A program made the translations under genes and the position numbers. Below the pieces are notes generated by a model, which was given only the letters and a program-made list of their open reading frames with translations, made no database searches and was not told the DNA's origin. From an uncultured Clostridium sp. (GTDB lineage: Bacteria; Bacillota; Clostridia; TANB77; CAG-508), in NCBI GenBank assembly GCA_946565805.1, contig CAMNWO010000010.1:13383-77382 (forward strand): DNA of 64,000 nucleotides. Reading direction: 5' to 3'. Numbering within the stretch: position 1 is the stretch's first letter; the number at the start of each line of letters is the position of its first letter. Below are positions 30,133 to 42,023 of the stretch, one piece after another.

Positions 30133-33093
30133 TTATCTTTTTATTTCTTCCATGATATATACTTCAATCATGTCTCCTTCTTTGATGTCATTATAGTTTT
30201 CAATTTGAATTCCACATTCAAATCCTTTTCCTACTTCTTTTACTTCGTCTTTAAATCTCTTCAATGTTGCTAATTTTCCATCATGGATTACTACATTTTC
30301 ACGAATAACTCTTACTCCTGCATTTCTTTCTACTTTTCCACTTAATACATAAGCTCCTGCAATGGTTCCCACATTAGAAATTCTAAATGTTTGTCTTACT
30401 TCTACATTTCCAATTACTTTTTCTTCAAATTCTGGGTCTAACATTCCCTTCATAGCTGCTTCTACGTCTTCAATTGCTTGGTAAATGATAGAATATTGTT
30501 TGATTTCTACTTCATCTTTTTCTGCCATTTCTTTTGCCATGTTGTCTGGTCTTACATTGAAAGCAATGATAATAGCATTTGATACTTTAGCTAAAGTAAC
30601 ATCTGATTGATTAACAGCTCCTGCTGCTGCATGAATTACTTTTACTCTTACTTCTTCGTTTGCTAATTTCTCTAATGATTGTTTTACAGCTTCTACAGAA
30701 CCTTGTACATCTGCTTTTACAATTAAGTTTAATACTTTTAGATTTCCTTCTTCCATTTGGCTGAATAAGTTGTCTAATGTTACTTTTGTAGTAGCACTCA
30801 TTGCTTTTTCTCTTTCTTGACGTTTTCTCTTTTCGATTAAGTGTTTAGCCATTTTCTCGTTTTTAACTTCATAGAAGGTGTCTCCTGCTGATGGCACTTC
30901 TGTTAATCCCATAATTTCTACTGGTGTAGATGGTCCAGCTGATTTTACATTTTTACCTTTGTCATCTTTCATAGCTCTTATTCTACCAATTGATGAACCT
31001 ACTACAATGGTATCTCCTACATCTAAGGTTCCTCTTTGAACAAGCATAGTCGCAATCGCACCTTTGGCTTTGTCTAATCTTGCTTCAATGACAGCTCCTT
31101 TGGATTGTTTATTAGGATTTGCTTTTAACTCTAACACATCTGCCTCTAATAATACCATTTCTAATAATTGGTCAATGTTCTCGTTTTTCTTAGCAGAAAT
31201 TGGTACGAAGATAGTATCTCCTCCCCATTCTTCTGGTACTAATTCATAGGCCATTAATTCTTGTTTTACTTTATCCATATTGGCATCTGGTAAGTCCATT
31301 TTATTAACCGCTACAATGATTGGTATTTCTGCTGATTTAGCATGGTTAATAGCCTCTACAGTTTGTGGTTTTACTCCATCATTAGCTGCTACTACTAAAA
31401 TAGCAATATCGGTTATTTGAGCTCCTCTTGCTCTCATGGCTGTAAACGCTTCGTGTCCTGGTGTGTCTAAGAAAGTGATTTCTCTGTCATTTACTTTTAC
31501 TTTATAAGCACCAATTGCTTGTGTAATTCCTCCTGCTTCTCCCTCAATAACATTAGTTTTTCTTACAGCGTCTAAAAGTGAAGTTTTTCCATGGTCTACG
31601 TGTCCCATAACAACAATAACTGGTGGTCTTGTTTCTAAGTCTTCTTCTCTATCTTCTGAGTCGTCAAATAAAATATCTTCTTCTGTTACGGTTTCCTTTT
31701 TGGTTGCATTAATTCCAAATTCTTGTGCAATTAAGTAAGCAGTGTCAAAGTCAACTTCATTATTAATCGTTGCCATAATTCCATATCCTAATAACTTTTT
31801 AATTACTTCTGCTGTTGTTTTCTTCATTTCAGCCGCAAAATCTTTTACTGTGATGCTTTCTGGAATTTCTATGTCTGTTAATTGGAAGATTTTTTGTTTG
31901 GTTCTTTCTTCTTGATTTTTATTATTTCTTCTTTTTCCTCTTCTACCACGTTCTGTTGTTAAATCATAATAATCTAACATTCCTCCATCTTGTTCATCAA
32001 ACATATTAGATAAACGATTAGCTTGCTTTAATGTCTTTAATTTTCCCTCATCAAAGTTGTTTCCTGTATTGTTTCTTCTTGTCTTGTTTTTCTTGTTTTT
32101 ATTTTCATCAAATTTATTATTTCTTTGTTTATCTTGCCCTCTGTTATATTCTCTTACACTTTCTTTTTCTACTGTTTCTACTGCCATAATATTTTTGATA
32201 TTTTTTTCAATTCCTTTTTCATCTAACGGTCTTCTTCCAAATCTCTCTCCATTGTTTCTATTATTATTGAATCGATTATTACCATTATTGTTGTATGAAT
32301 TGTTTGCTCTATTATCATTATTATGGTTTCGATTAAAGTTATTATTCCTATAATTGTTAGTATTATTTGGGTTATTTTGATTTCTGTTTCTGTTATTATT
32401 GTAGTTGTTGTTATAATTATTATTGTTACGATTATTATAGTTGTTATTATAATTATTATGATTAGTTCTATTTTCTCTGTTTGTATTGTTATAAGTTTTT
32501 TCTCTGTCTGTTTGACGTGGTTTTTGTTGGATAGAAGATGATGTAGAAACTGGTTCTGATACTTGTTTGGTTTCTACTGCTTCTGGTTTCTTTTCTATTT
32601 CTTGCTTAATTGTTTCTTTTTCTACTTCTATTTTTTCTTCCACCTTTTCTTCTTTTACTGGTTCTACTTGTTTTGGTTCTTCTTTTTTCAAACCAAATAG
32701 TTCACTTACTGTCATTGGTTTATTTGGTTTGTTACGATAGACAATATTATAGTCTTTATTTTGTTTTCTTTCTACAAATCCAACATTATGTTTCTTTTCT
32801 TCTTTTTTTACAACTTCCTTTTTCTTTTCTGGTTCTTCTTCTGATATAATAACTTCTCTTCTAATAATAACTGGTGCTTTTTCTTCTTTTTTCACGTCTT
32901 TTTCCTTCTTTTTTCCTTCCTTTTTTGTTAATGCATTTTCAATTTGTTTCGCCTCTTCTTCGTTTATGCCACTCATGTGACTTTTTACTTCAATTTTTAA
33001 TTTACTCGCTACATCTAATACTTCTTTACTGGTTAAGCCTATTTTTTTTGCTATTTCATGTATTTTAATCTTACCCAATAACTTCACCCCCAT
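30133..33093 (-). CDS. infB: Translation initiation factor IF-2 with an N/Y-rich low-complexity insertion (alternative TTG start ~33078)
   Basis: G-domain [24 protein letters not shown]; 986 aa. Confidence 0.95.
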   Translation of the reverse strand: MGVKLLGKIKIHEIAKKIGLTSKEVLDVASKLKIEVKSHMSGINEEEAKQIENALTKKEGKKKEKDVKKEEKAPVIIRREVIISEEEPEKKKEVVKKEEKKHNVGFVERKQNKDYNIVYRNKPNKPMTVSELFGLKKEEPKQVEPVKEEKVEEKIEVEKETIKQEIEKKPEAVETKQVSEPVSTSSSIQQKPRQTDREKTYNNTNRENRTNHNNYNNNYNNRNNNNYNNNYNNNRNRNQNNPNNTNNYRNNNFNRNHNNDNRANNSYNNNGNNRFNNNRNNGERFGRRPLDEKGIEKNIKNIMAVETVEKESVREYNRGQDKQRNNKFDENKNKKNKTRRNNTGNNFDEGKLKTLKQANRLSNMFDEQDGGMLDYYDLTTERGRRGKRRNNKNQEERTKQKIFQLTDIEIPESITVKDFAAEMKKTTAEVIKKLLGYGIMATINNEVDFDTAYLIAQEFGINATKKETVTEEDILFDDSEDREEDLETRPPVIVVMGHVDHGKTSLLDAVRKTNVIEGEAGGITQAIGAYKVKVNDREITFLDTPGHEAFTAMRARGAQITDIAILVVAANDGVKPQTVEAINHAKSAEIPIIVAVNKMDLPDANMDKVKQELMAYELVPEEWGGDTIFVPISAKKNENIDQLLEMVLLEADVLELKANPNKQSKGAVIEARLDKAKGAIATMLVQRGTLDVGDTIVVGSSIGRIRAMKDDKGKNVKSAGPSTPVEIMGLTEVPSAGDTFYEVKNEKMAKHLIEKRKRQEREKAMSATTKVTLDNLFSQMEEGNLKVLNLIVKADVQGSVEAVKQSLEKLANEEVRVKVIHAAAGAVNQSDVTLAKVSNAIIIAFNVRPDNMAKEMAEKDEVEIKQYSIIYQAIEDVEAAMKGMLDPEFEEKVIGNVEVRQTFRISNVGTIAGAYVLSGKVERNAGVRVIRENVVIHDGKLATLKRFKDEVKEVGKGFECGIQIENYNDIKEGDMIEVYIMEEIKR

Positions 33094-33400
33094 TTTTTAT
33101 TTTTTGTATCTCATTTGCTAAATTACTATCTTCAATCCCAATAATTGCTTTATTGGATTTCCCAATTGCTTTGCTTAAAATTTCAATTTCCCCCTCTAGA
33201 ATAATTGGCACTTTATAGTTTTCACTCAATCTCTTGAATTTTTCTTTGCTTCTATCAGACGCATCGGTTGCTACAATAATCAAATGTACTTTTTTCTTTT
33301 TGATTTCTAATTCAACACTATCGGCTCCAAAACAAATTTTTCTAGCTCTTGTAGCTAATCCAATTAAACCTAATATTTTTTTATTGCTCAAGAATGACAC
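33071..33400 (-). CDS. ylxQ: L7Ae-family RNA-binding protein YlxQ
   Basis: [18 protein letters not shown]...[11 protein letters not shown] pattern, 109 aa, conserved position between ylxR and infB. Confidence 0.8.
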   Translation of the reverse strand: MSFLSNKKILGLIGLATRARKICFGADSVELEIKKKKVHLIIVATDASDRSKEKFKRLSENYKVPIILEGEIEILSKAIGKSNKAIIGIEDSNLANEIQKIKNGGEVIG

Positions 33401-33641
33401 CTCTTAAATTCTCATAAATTTCTTCTGATATTTTCATATCTAATACTTTTTCTAGTCTTTTTGACTTAATTACTTTTTCTAAGCATTGTATATCATCACA
33501 CAAGTAAGCTCCCCTTCCTGGTCGCTTTCCTGTTTTATCGATACTAATTTCATTTTCTTTATTTTTGACAACTCGGATTAATTCTTTTTTATCTCTTTTG
33601 CTATTACATCCCATACAAGTTCTTTGTGGCATGTTTTTCAT
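33381..33641 (-). CDS. rnpM: YlxR/RnpM (DUF448) RNA-binding protein
   Basis: MPQRTCMGCNSKRDKKELIRVV...GRGAYLC signature; position after nusA. Confidence 0.8.
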   Translation of the reverse strand: MKNMPQRTCMGCNSKRDKKELIRVVKNKENEISIDKTGKRPGRGAYLCDDIQCLEKVIKSKRLEKVLDMKISEEIYENLRGVILEQ

Positions 33642-33685
33642 AGTTTTGTCCTCCTTTTATTGTATGCTTAGCTTTTTGCTTTTAT

Positions 33686-34807
33686 TTAAGTTTCCTCTAA
33701 GTTTTCAGGTTCTTCTGTTTCATTTTCTTCATTTTGTGCATTTATTAACATTTCTCTAAATTGCGTTTCAGATTTGATGTCAATTTTCCAATTGGTTAGT
33801 CTTGCTGCTAATCTAGCATTTTGACCTGATTTTCCAATAGCTAATGATAATTGGTCATCTGGTACAATAACTTGTGCAAATTTTTCTGCTTCTTTGATAT
33901 CAACTGCTAAAATTTGAGCTGGTAATAAGCTAGCTGCAATGTAGATAGATGGATCTTCATTCCATTCAATAACATCTATTTTTTCTCCATTTAGTTCATT
34001 GATTACATTTTGAATTCTAACTCCTTTTTGTCCAACACAAGAACCAACTGGGTCAATATTTGGATCTGGTGAGTATACTGCAACTTTACTTCTATATCCT
34101 GGATCTCTTGAAACACTTTTGATTTCAATTACTCCTTCGTAGATTTCTGGTATTTCAAATTCTAATAATTTTCTAACAAAGTCTGGATGACTTCTAGATA
34201 CAATTACTTGTGGTGCTCCTTTAGCCCCTTTTTCTACATCTAATACATATCCTTTTACTTTGTCATTCACATGATAATGTTCTGTTGGAATTTGCTCTTT
34301 AGAAGGCATAACTCCTTCTAGTTTTCCTAAGTCCATAACAACAATGTTGTGGTCTGCTTTTTGTACTAATCCTGAAACAATTTCACCTTTTCTATCATTA
34401 AATTCTGTATAAATAATTTCTCTTTCTGCTTCTCTTAATTTTTGAATAATAACCTGTTTTGCTGTTTGTGCTGCAATTCTACCAAAATCTCTTGGTACAA
34501 TCTCAATTTCTACAGTATCTCCCTCTTGAAAATCCGGATTCATTTTTTGTGCTTCTTTAATGTTGATTTGTGTTTCTTTATCCATAACTTCTTCTACTAC
34601 TTCTTTTAAAGAATATATATGAGTAGCTCCTGTTTGTGGATCCATTTGTACCTTTACATTTTCTAAAGAATCAAAGTTTCTTTTATAAGCTGTTACTAAC
34701 GCTGTTTCGATTGATTCCATTACATATTGTTTCTTAATTCCTTTTTCTTTTTCTAATTCCTCCAATGCTAAAATTAATTCTTTGTTATCAATTGCTTGTT
34801 CTTTCAT
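33686..34807 (-). CDS. nusA: Transcription termination/antitermination factor NusA
   Basis: 373 aa, S1 and KH domains (…VIVSRSHPDFVRKLLEFEIPEI…VGSCVGQKGVRIQNV…). Confidence 0.95.
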   Translation of the reverse strand: MKEQAIDNKELILALEELEKEKGIKKQYVMESIETALVTAYKRNFDSLENVKVQMDPQTGATHIYSLKEVVEEVMDKETQINIKEAQKMNPDFQEGDTVEIEIVPRDFGRIAAQTAKQVIIQKLREAEREIIYTEFNDRKGEIVSGLVQKADHNIVVMDLGKLEGVMPSKEQIPTEHYHVNDKVKGYVLDVEKGAKGAPQVIVSRSHPDFVRKLLEFEIPEIYEGVIEIKSVSRDPGYRSKVAVYSPDPNIDPVGSCVGQKGVRIQNVINELNGEKIDVIEWNEDPSIYIAASLLPAQILAVDIKEAEKFAQVIVPDDQLSLAIGKSGQNARLAARLTNWKIDIKSETQFREMLINAQNEENETEEPENLEET

Positions 34808-34828
34808 TTTTTCTAATTCCTCCCTTTT

Positions 34829-35287
34829 TTACCAATGATATATTGTTTTTATTTGTGCTATATTTTTACGTTCGATTTCAATTTCACCTGTCTCAATTTC
34901 TACTATTATTTTTTCTTCTTTAAAATTTTGTAAAATCCCTTGGTATTCTTTTTTACTGTTTTCATCTTTTTTAAATAATTTTACATGAATTTCTTTTCCT
35001 ATATTCTGTTCTAGATGTCTATCTTTTTTCAACACTCTTTCAATTCCTGGTGAAGATACTTCTAAAAAATATTGTTCTTTAATATAATCTGCTTTATCTA
35101 GTAGTTCATTAATTTCATTGTTTACTTTTTCACAATCTTCTAAGTCTATCCCCTCTGTTTTATCGATAAATACTCTTAAAAAATAATTTTTTCCTTCTTT
35201 TGCATATTCTACATCGTATAAGTCGTATCCAATTTTTTCGATACTTGGTCTTATTAAAGTTTCTACTCTTTCTTCTATACTTGCCAA
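34829..35287 (-). CDS. rimP: Ribosome maturation factor RimP (TTG start, RBS aggagg)
   Basis: 152 aa, …GYDLYDVEY…NYFLRVFID… typical RimP; operon position. Confidence 0.85.
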   Translation of the reverse strand: MASIEERVETLIRPSIEKIGYDLYDVEYAKEGKNYFLRVFIDKTEGIDLEDCEKVNNEINELLDKADYIKEQYFLEVSSPGIERVLKKDRHLEQNIGKEIHVKLFKKDENSKKEYQGILQNFKEEKIIVEIETGEIEIERKNIAQIKTIYHW

Positions 35288-35314
35288 GGTTTACCTCCTT
35301 TGATTTTCTTGAAT

Positions 35315-35412
35315 TTGCCACTGGTTCCGGGTTTAAATGGCAACTTTGATAAATTATTATTATCTCTAAATTCTACTTCGAAGTTGCCATTTAAACCCGG
35401 AACCAGTGGCAA
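35315..35412. repeat. Perfect 32-bp inverted repeat (ttgccactggttccgggtttaaatggcaactt) with 34-nt spacer in the rimP 5' leader; family B
   Basis: Arms are exact reverse complements; a second copy with compensatory substitutions lies at 60712..60806. Confidence 0.85.
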
Positions 35413-35520
35413 TCTTGCAAAAGTTAAGAGTGGGATTTGTTCCCACTCTTGCTGTGTTTTATGTTTCTTGCTTTATTATACCCAATTTTTGGCAGAAATG
35501 CAAGCTTTTTTCTAATCTTT

Positions 35521-36786
35521 TTAAACTTTTTCTAAAATTTCTACTACTTCGTTTTCTTCTACATCACCAATTTTTATGTTTCTTACATGATCAATTTTCT
35601 CCCATGTTGTTTCTCTTTTAAATAAACATTTAAAGTTGATTAGTAACCAAGAACCCATAAATAACGGATAACATGCTAATCCTTTTAGCATTGGCTTAAT
35701 TGGTCTTCTGTCTAATAACATTACAATTAATGCTGTTCCAATTGGTAATAAAAATGTTGGCACTAGATATCTTAGTATGTTGATGATTAATTCTGTTTCT
35801 GTCATTCCATTTCCTGCATACATTAAGAAGTTAGTTCCTAATAATATTAGTGTGATAATAAACATTGGAATACTTCCTACTATATATAAGAAACCATCAA
35901 AGTTCATCATTGTTTTCTTTTCTTGTGCTGCTACTGCTAGTTGTTTTGTATATTCTTTAATACATTGCATATGTCCTACTGTCCATCTGCTTCTTTGTGA
36001 CCAGCTTTGTTTAAATCCTACTGGCTGTTCATCATATACGATGGCATCTGTTGCCCATCCTAATCTTTTTCCTTTTATAATTCTTTTTAATGAAAATTCA
36101 ATATCTTCTGTTAAAGTAACTGTTTTTAATCCACCTTCTGGTTTAATTACATCAAATCTTACCATAAATCCAGTACCATTTAATAATGGTGATAGTCCCA
36201 AGTTGTATCTTGCTAAATGATAAAATCTATGCATCGTCCAATAGAAAATAGCATATCCTGCTGTTATCCAGCTATCTGTTGGATTTTTGATGTCTCTATA
36301 TCCTTGTACAACCTCTTCTCCTTGACACAATTTTTTGTTCATGTTTTTAATGAAGTCTGGGTCTACAATGTTGTCTGCGTCAAATACAAAAAATGCGTCA
36401 TATGGTGCATTTTCTTCTATTTTTTGTCCTAAGAACCAGTCTAATGCAAATCCTTTTGTTTTCTGTGTGTTGTTAAATCTTTCATATACAATAGCTCCTG
36501 CTTCTTTTGCTACTTTTGCTGTGCCGTCTGTGCAGTTATCTGCTATAACATAGATATCGTATAAATCTTTGTTATAGTTTTGCTTTTTTAAACTTTCTAC
36601 TAAGTTTCCTACTACGGCTTCTTCATTGTGTGCTGGTATGATTGCCATAAATCTATGGTCCTTGTTTACTTTTAGTGGTTTGTCTTTGATTTTTACTAAT
36701 GAACATAGACTTACCATGATTTGGTATAACCAAAATATTGTAATTGTCCATACAAGTGCTTCTCTTAGTATATATAAATAATCCAT
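35521..36786 (-). CDS. Processive family-2 glycosyltransferase (membrane polysaccharide synthase; PgaC/IcaA/cellulose-synthase-like)
   Basis: AIIPAHNEE...D.D...QRSRW (QxxRW) motifs, TM helices at both ends. Confidence 0.75.
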   Translation of the reverse strand: MDYLYILREALVWTITIFWLYQIMVSLCSLVKIKDKPLKVNKDHRFMAIIPAHNEEAVVGNLVESLKKQNYNKDLYDIYVIADNCTDGTAKVAKEAGAIVYERFNNTQKTKGFALDWFLGQKIEENAPYDAFFVFDADNIVDPDFIKNMNKKLCQGEEVVQGYRDIKNPTDSWITAGYAIFYWTMHRFYHLARYNLGLSPLLNGTGFMVRFDVIKPEGGLKTVTLTEDIEFSLKRIIKGKRLGWATDAIVYDEQPVGFKQSWSQRSRWTVGHMQCIKEYTKQLAVAAQEKKTMMNFDGFLYIVGSIPMFIITLILLGTNFLMYAGNGMTETELIINILRYLVPTFLLPIGTALIVMLLDRRPIKPMLKGLACYPLFMGSWLLINFKCLFKRETTWEKIDHVRNIKIGDVEENEVVEILEKV

Positions 36787-37003
36787 TTTTTTAACCTCTC
36801 TTTTTCTAATATTATTTGTATATAATATTATGCTACAATTTCTATTATACTATTATTGTTAAATTTTTGCAATATTTTTCCCAAAATAATTGAATTTTAT
36901 TGATTTTTATGTAAATTTATATTATAATGATTATTATATAAAGGTTCCTGTTTTGCACATGGGATAATTCCTTTAAAAATATTAATTCGGAGGTATAAGC
37001 TGT

Positions 37004-37387
37004 ATGAAAAAAAGTGACATCGAAATTAAAAGTGCAACAGTTCAAAAGTTCAGATTACGCCGTTCTGACTCTGTCTATGGTATTCTGCCTGAAATTACCA
37101 TTTCTATGGACCGGTTTGGTTTAGGCGGTAAGTATGCTAAAACGCTCGAATTGTTTGGTGTGCATACTTGTAACATCGATTTCTTGGTTGATTTTTTAAG
37201 AATGTTCGATGTTTACTACCCACACGAGCTTGCTGGCCGTTTTGTCAATGTCGTTTTTATAAATGGCAAGCCCCTAGGGATTTGTCCTTTTGATAACGAT
37301 GAGGAAGAATGGATATGGATGATATGTACCAAAAAAGGTTACAAAAAAATCCCTCATAACAGACTGCTTAAGACATTATTAGCATAG
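37004..37387 (+). CDS. Hypothetical small protein with atypically high G+C and E. coli-like codons; distant paralogue of 54502..54795
   Basis: 127-aa ORF; shares YYP[HE][ED] and G-x-G/A-x-IC-x-[FW] segments with the 54502 ORF; followed by a hairpin terminator. Confidence 0.45.
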   Translation: MKKSDIEIKSATVQKFRLRRSDSVYGILPEITISMDRFGLGGKYAKTLELFGVHTCNIDFLVDFLRMFDVYYPHELAGRFVNVVFINGKPLGICPFDNDEEEWIWMICTKKGYKKIPHNRLLKTLLA

Positions 37388-37394
37388 TTTTCTG

Positions 37395-37437
37395 AGCATC
37401 AACGAGTACAAGTTTTTCTTAACTTGTACTCGTTTTT
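37395..37437 (+). terminator. Hairpin terminator (aacgagtacaagttt...aacttgtactcgtt + T-run)
   Basis: 13-bp perfect stem followed by TTTT. Confidence 0.6.
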
Positions 37438-37510
37438 ATATGGTAGCAAGTATCAAATTTATCACTCCTGCATATTTTATAGAATAAAAGTTAAGGAGGT
37501 CTTTTCTTGT

Positions 37511-38495
<985 letters not shown>

Positions 38496-38502
38496 ACGCC
38501 AA

Positions 38503-38545
38503 AACCAATATGTAAAATCAATTTTACATACTGGTTTTTTATTTG
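38503..38545 (+). terminator. asd terminator hairpin (ccaatatgtaaaat...attttacatactgg + T-run)
   Basis: Hairpin then tttttatttg. Confidence 0.55.
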
Positions 38546-38601
38546 AGTCTAGAAAAGTTTTAGGTGGATTGGTCCTCCTACCTTTCCTACTTTTAATAAT
38601 C

Positions 38602-40233
38602 TTAAGAAGCTTTTTTATTTCTCAATTCATTGGCATATTGCAAACTTATTTCATTAATTTCCCCTGCTGAAATTCTTGCAATCTCTTCAATTACTTCATT
38701 TTCTTGCAACAATCTAATTTGCGTTCTTGTTCTATCTTTTTTAATTTCTTTATGAATAAAATAGTTATAATCTGCCATAGCTGCTATATTTGGCAAATGT
38801 GAAATACACATTACTTGGTGATTGTTGGCAATTCTCTCTAATTTGTTAGCTACGGAGTTTGCTGCCTTTCCACTAATCCCTGTATCAATCTCATCAAAAA
38901 TAAGTACGGGCATTTTGTCACTGTCTGCTAATACTTTTTTAATAGCTAGCATAGTTCTAGACATTTCTCCACCAGATGCTATTTTGGATAATTCTTTTTC
39001 TTCTTCTCCTTGATTGGTTACAATGTAAAAAATAACATTGTCTTTTCCTGTCTTTCGGTATTCATTTTGTAAATAAGTAACTTTCACATTTACTTTTGCA
39101 TTTTTCATTTCTAATTCTTCTAGTTCTTGGTTTATTTTTTGACTTAATTCTTGTGCTTTTCTATTTCTTATTTCATGCATTTCGTTTGCTAACAATTTCA
39201 TTTGTTCTTCTATTTCTTTTTGTTTTTTTCTTAATTTTGCATTGTAGTCTTCTAAATTTTCTATATGTCCTATTTCTTTCTTTGTTTCTTCTTTATAGTT
39301 TAAAATTTCTGGTATCGTATTTCCATATTTTCTTTTTAAAGAATAGATTAAGTCTAATCTTTCTTCAACAAATCCTCTTTCTTCTTCGTCTAATTCCATA
39401 TCACTTCTGTAGGTACTTACATCTCTTGCTAATTCTTGTAATTCGTAATAGATACTTTTTAGACTACTAGATGCTTTTTCATATTTGCTGTCAATTTGCT
39501 CAATTTTCTCCAAAGCTCTTATCGCCATACTAATATTGTCAATTCCATCTTCTGAGATTAACGTATCTGCTTCTTGCAAGTTTTGTGTTATTTTTTCTGC
39601 ATTTACTATAATTTTTCTTTTTTCTTCTAGTTCTTCTTCCTCGTTTGCCTTTAAATCCGCTTCTTCTATTTCTTTTCTTTGATATTGTAATAAGTCTAAT
39701 TTTCTTTGTCTTTCTTTTTCGTCTCCAAAGTTAGCTTTTAATTCTTGTTTAATTTCACAATATTGCTGATAAAACTCTTCATATTTTTTCTTTTGTTCTA
39801 ATATCTCTTCTGCTATAAAACCATCTAAATAGTTCAAGTGCATCTTATTTTCTAATAGGTTTTGATTGTCATTTTGTCCATGAATTTCAATGAACTGAGC
39901 CATAAATTCTTTTAGTTCATTTACCGTTACCATTCTTCCATTTATTTTGCACATGTTTTTACCATTTAGGTTTATTTCTCTTGAAACAATAATATTTCCT
40001 TCTATTGCATTTTGATTTTCTGGCTCATACATACATAGTTCTACAAAGGATTGATTTTCTCCTTTTCGTATCATTTCTTTTGAAAATCTTCCTCCTGATA
40101 TGATTTGCAGTGAATCAATGATTAAGGTTTTTCCTGCTCCTGTTTCTCCTGTTAATACGTTTAATCCTTGATTAAAATCAATCGTGATGTCTTCTATAAT
40201 TCCTATGTTTTTTATGTGTAATGTTGTTATCAT
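38602..40233 (-). CDS. recN: DNA repair protein RecN
   Basis: N-terminal Walker A GETGAGKT, long coiled coil, C-terminal ...LIFDEIDTGISG (signature/Walker B). Confidence 0.95.
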   Translation of the reverse strand: MITTLHIKNIGIIEDITIDFNQGLNVLTGETGAGKTLIIDSLQIISGGRFSKEMIRKGENQSFVELCMYEPENQNAIEGNIIVSREINLNGKNMCKINGRMVTVNELKEFMAQFIEIHGQNDNQNLLENKMHLNYLDGFIAEEILEQKKKYEEFYQQYCEIKQELKANFGDEKERQRKLDLLQYQRKEIEEADLKANEEEELEEKRKIIVNAEKITQNLQEADTLISEDGIDNISMAIRALEKIEQIDSKYEKASSSLKSIYYELQELARDVSTYRSDMELDEEERGFVEERLDLIYSLKRKYGNTIPEILNYKEETKKEIGHIENLEDYNAKLRKKQKEIEEQMKLLANEMHEIRNRKAQELSQKINQELEELEMKNAKVNVKVTYLQNEYRKTGKDNVIFYIVTNQGEEEKELSKIASGGEMSRTMLAIKKVLADSDKMPVLIFDEIDTGISGKAANSVANKLERIANNHQVMCISHLPNIAAMADYNYFIHKEIKKDRTRTQIRLLQENEVIEEIARISAGEINEISLQYANELRNKKAS

Positions 40234-40313
40234 TTTATTACCTCCTAAAATTCACGCACTAAAAAAATGTTCGCCTTTATTGTATCTTCAATTTTTAAAA
40301 TTGTCAATACTTT

Positions 40314-40811
40314 TTATTTTAAGCTTTCATAAAACGCTTTTTTATATTCTTCTACTTTATCCAATTCAACTTCGCCAATTTTAAATAATATTTGACTATT
40401 CGAAATCTTATATATCACATCTGTTTTTATTATGCTATTTTTATCTAATCCATTTATTGTATTTTTTTCTAATAGTTTATTAGCCTGATATCTTATCTTT
40501 TTTAAATTAGAAGATATTAACATACCAAAATTTTCAATAGGAACAGCTAAATTATTTTGCTCTACAATTACAAATAAATGATTTTTCCCTTGATTTCCAT
40601 CATCATAGGTATATTCATTTACAAAAACAATGTCTCCTATTTTATATAAGTAATATTCCTCACTTTCTTCCTTTAATTGGAAAATAGTTTCAATTCTACC
40701 TTGATGCCATTCTTCTTCCACAGGATAGTCTTTGAATGCTTCTTGAACATTTCTTATTTTTCCACGTTTTTTCGCTATTTCTAAAAAATCGTGTTCTTTT
40801 TTATCACTCAT
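40314..40811 (-). CDS. Hypothetical protein with possible PemK/MazF-like barrel (KIGDIVFVNEYTYDDGNQGKNHLFVIV...AVPIENFGMLISS) preceded by a ~65-aa N-terminal extension
   Basis: Motif spacing resembles the 55089..55784 MazF-like protein; start assigned to MSDKK (RBS aagaggtggg). Occupies the slot where argR usually sits upstream of recN. Confidence 0.35.
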   Translation of the reverse strand: MSDKKEHDFLEIAKKRGKIRNVQEAFKDYPVEEEWHQGRIETIFQLKEESEEYYLYKIGDIVFVNEYTYDDGNQGKNHLFVIVEQNNLAVPIENFGMLISSNLKKIRYQANKLLEKNTINGLDKNSIIKTDVIYKISNSQILFKIGEVELDKVEEYKKAFYESLK

Positions 40812-40889
40812 AAAACCCACCTCTTTTTGTTGATTTATATGTAATATTTTATCACAAAGTTTATAAAATAGCAATACCAATATTCTTAT

Positions 40890-42023
40890 TTATACAAATT
40901 CTTCCCAAACCAAATTAGCAAAATCAATTCCTTTCCTAGTTAAGCGAATCCAATCTCCATCCACCTGTAATAAGCCCTCTTCTACTAAGTTCTCTATTTC
41001 TTCACGAAATAAGAAAATTGGATTATCTACATATTTAGCTTTGAATTTTTGAATACTAACACCATCCATTTTTCTTAAGCCCAATAACATATACTCCTTT
41101 TTCTTATCTTCCAATGTTTGTTTTTCTTCTATTGATTGATTTAAATAAGACCATTGTCCTTCTGCTGAAAATTCCGAATTGGAATAGCGAATCCCATTCA
41201 AATAAGAATGTGCAGTTGCTCCTAATCCAATATATTCTTTTTGTTCCCAACAATTCACATTATGTTTTGACTCTTTTCCTGGTTTGGCAAAATTAGATAT
41301 TTCATAATGCTTATAACCATCTAATTCTAACTTGTTTTTTACATACCAATACATTTGTCTTTCGGTTTCTTCTTCTGGTAATTGTAGCTCTCCTTTATTA
41401 ATTTGTTGTTCTATTTTAGTTCCTTCTTCTACAATTAAAGAATAAACACTTACATGATTTGGTTGTAACTTTTCTATTTCTTCCAAGCTTTGCTTAATAT
41501 CTTGAATGGTCTGATTTGGTAACCCTATCATTAAATCCACATTGACATTTTTAAATCCTGTTTGTTTCACAAGTTGATAAGCTTCTAAAAATTCTTGATA
41601 AGTATGGATCCTTCCTATCTGTTTTAATAAGTTATCATTTGTAGTCTGTAAGCCAATGCTAATTCGATTGATGCCTATTTTTCGATAAGTTTGTAGTTTG
41701 TGTTTAGTAACGGTTCCAGGATTAATTTCTATTGTAATCTCCATATCTTCCCACTTTGTTTGATTATTTGCTAATCTTTTTTGTAATTCTTGTAGTAATT
41801 TGGTGATGTATTTTTCGTTGATAAAAGAAGGGGTTCCCCCTCCTATATAGATTGTTGTTATATGATACTTACTTAAATCATACTGTCCCATTTCATTGAT
41901 TACTTCTTCTATATATCCATCTATTTGTTCACATCGATTGGTATAAGAGGTAAAATCACAATAATAACATTTGCTTTTACAAAATGGTATATGAATATAA
42001 ATTCCTAATTCTTTATTCTCCAT
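40890..42023 (-). CDS. hemW: Radical SAM haem chaperone HemW (HemN-like, oxygen-independent coproporphyrinogen oxidase family)
   Basis: YIHIPFCKSKCYYCDF (CxxxCxxC), 377 aa. Confidence 0.85.
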   Translation of the reverse strand: MENKELGIYIHIPFCKSKCYYCDFTSYTNRCEQIDGYIEEVINEMGQYDLSKYHITTIYIGGGTPSFINEKYITKLLQELQKRLANNQTKWEDMEITIEINPGTVTKHKLQTYRKIGINRISIGLQTTNDNLLKQIGRIHTYQEFLEAYQLVKQTGFKNVNVDLMIGLPNQTIQDIKQSLEEIEKLQPNHVSVYSLIVEEGTKIEQQINKGELQLPEEETERQMYWYVKNKLELDGYKHYEISNFAKPGKESKHNVNCWEQKEYIGLGATAHSYLNGIRYSNSEFSAEGQWSYLNQSIEEKQTLEDKKKEYMLLGLRKMDGVSIQKFKAKYVDNPIFLFREEIENLVEEGLLQVDGDWIRLTRKGIDFANLVWEEFV

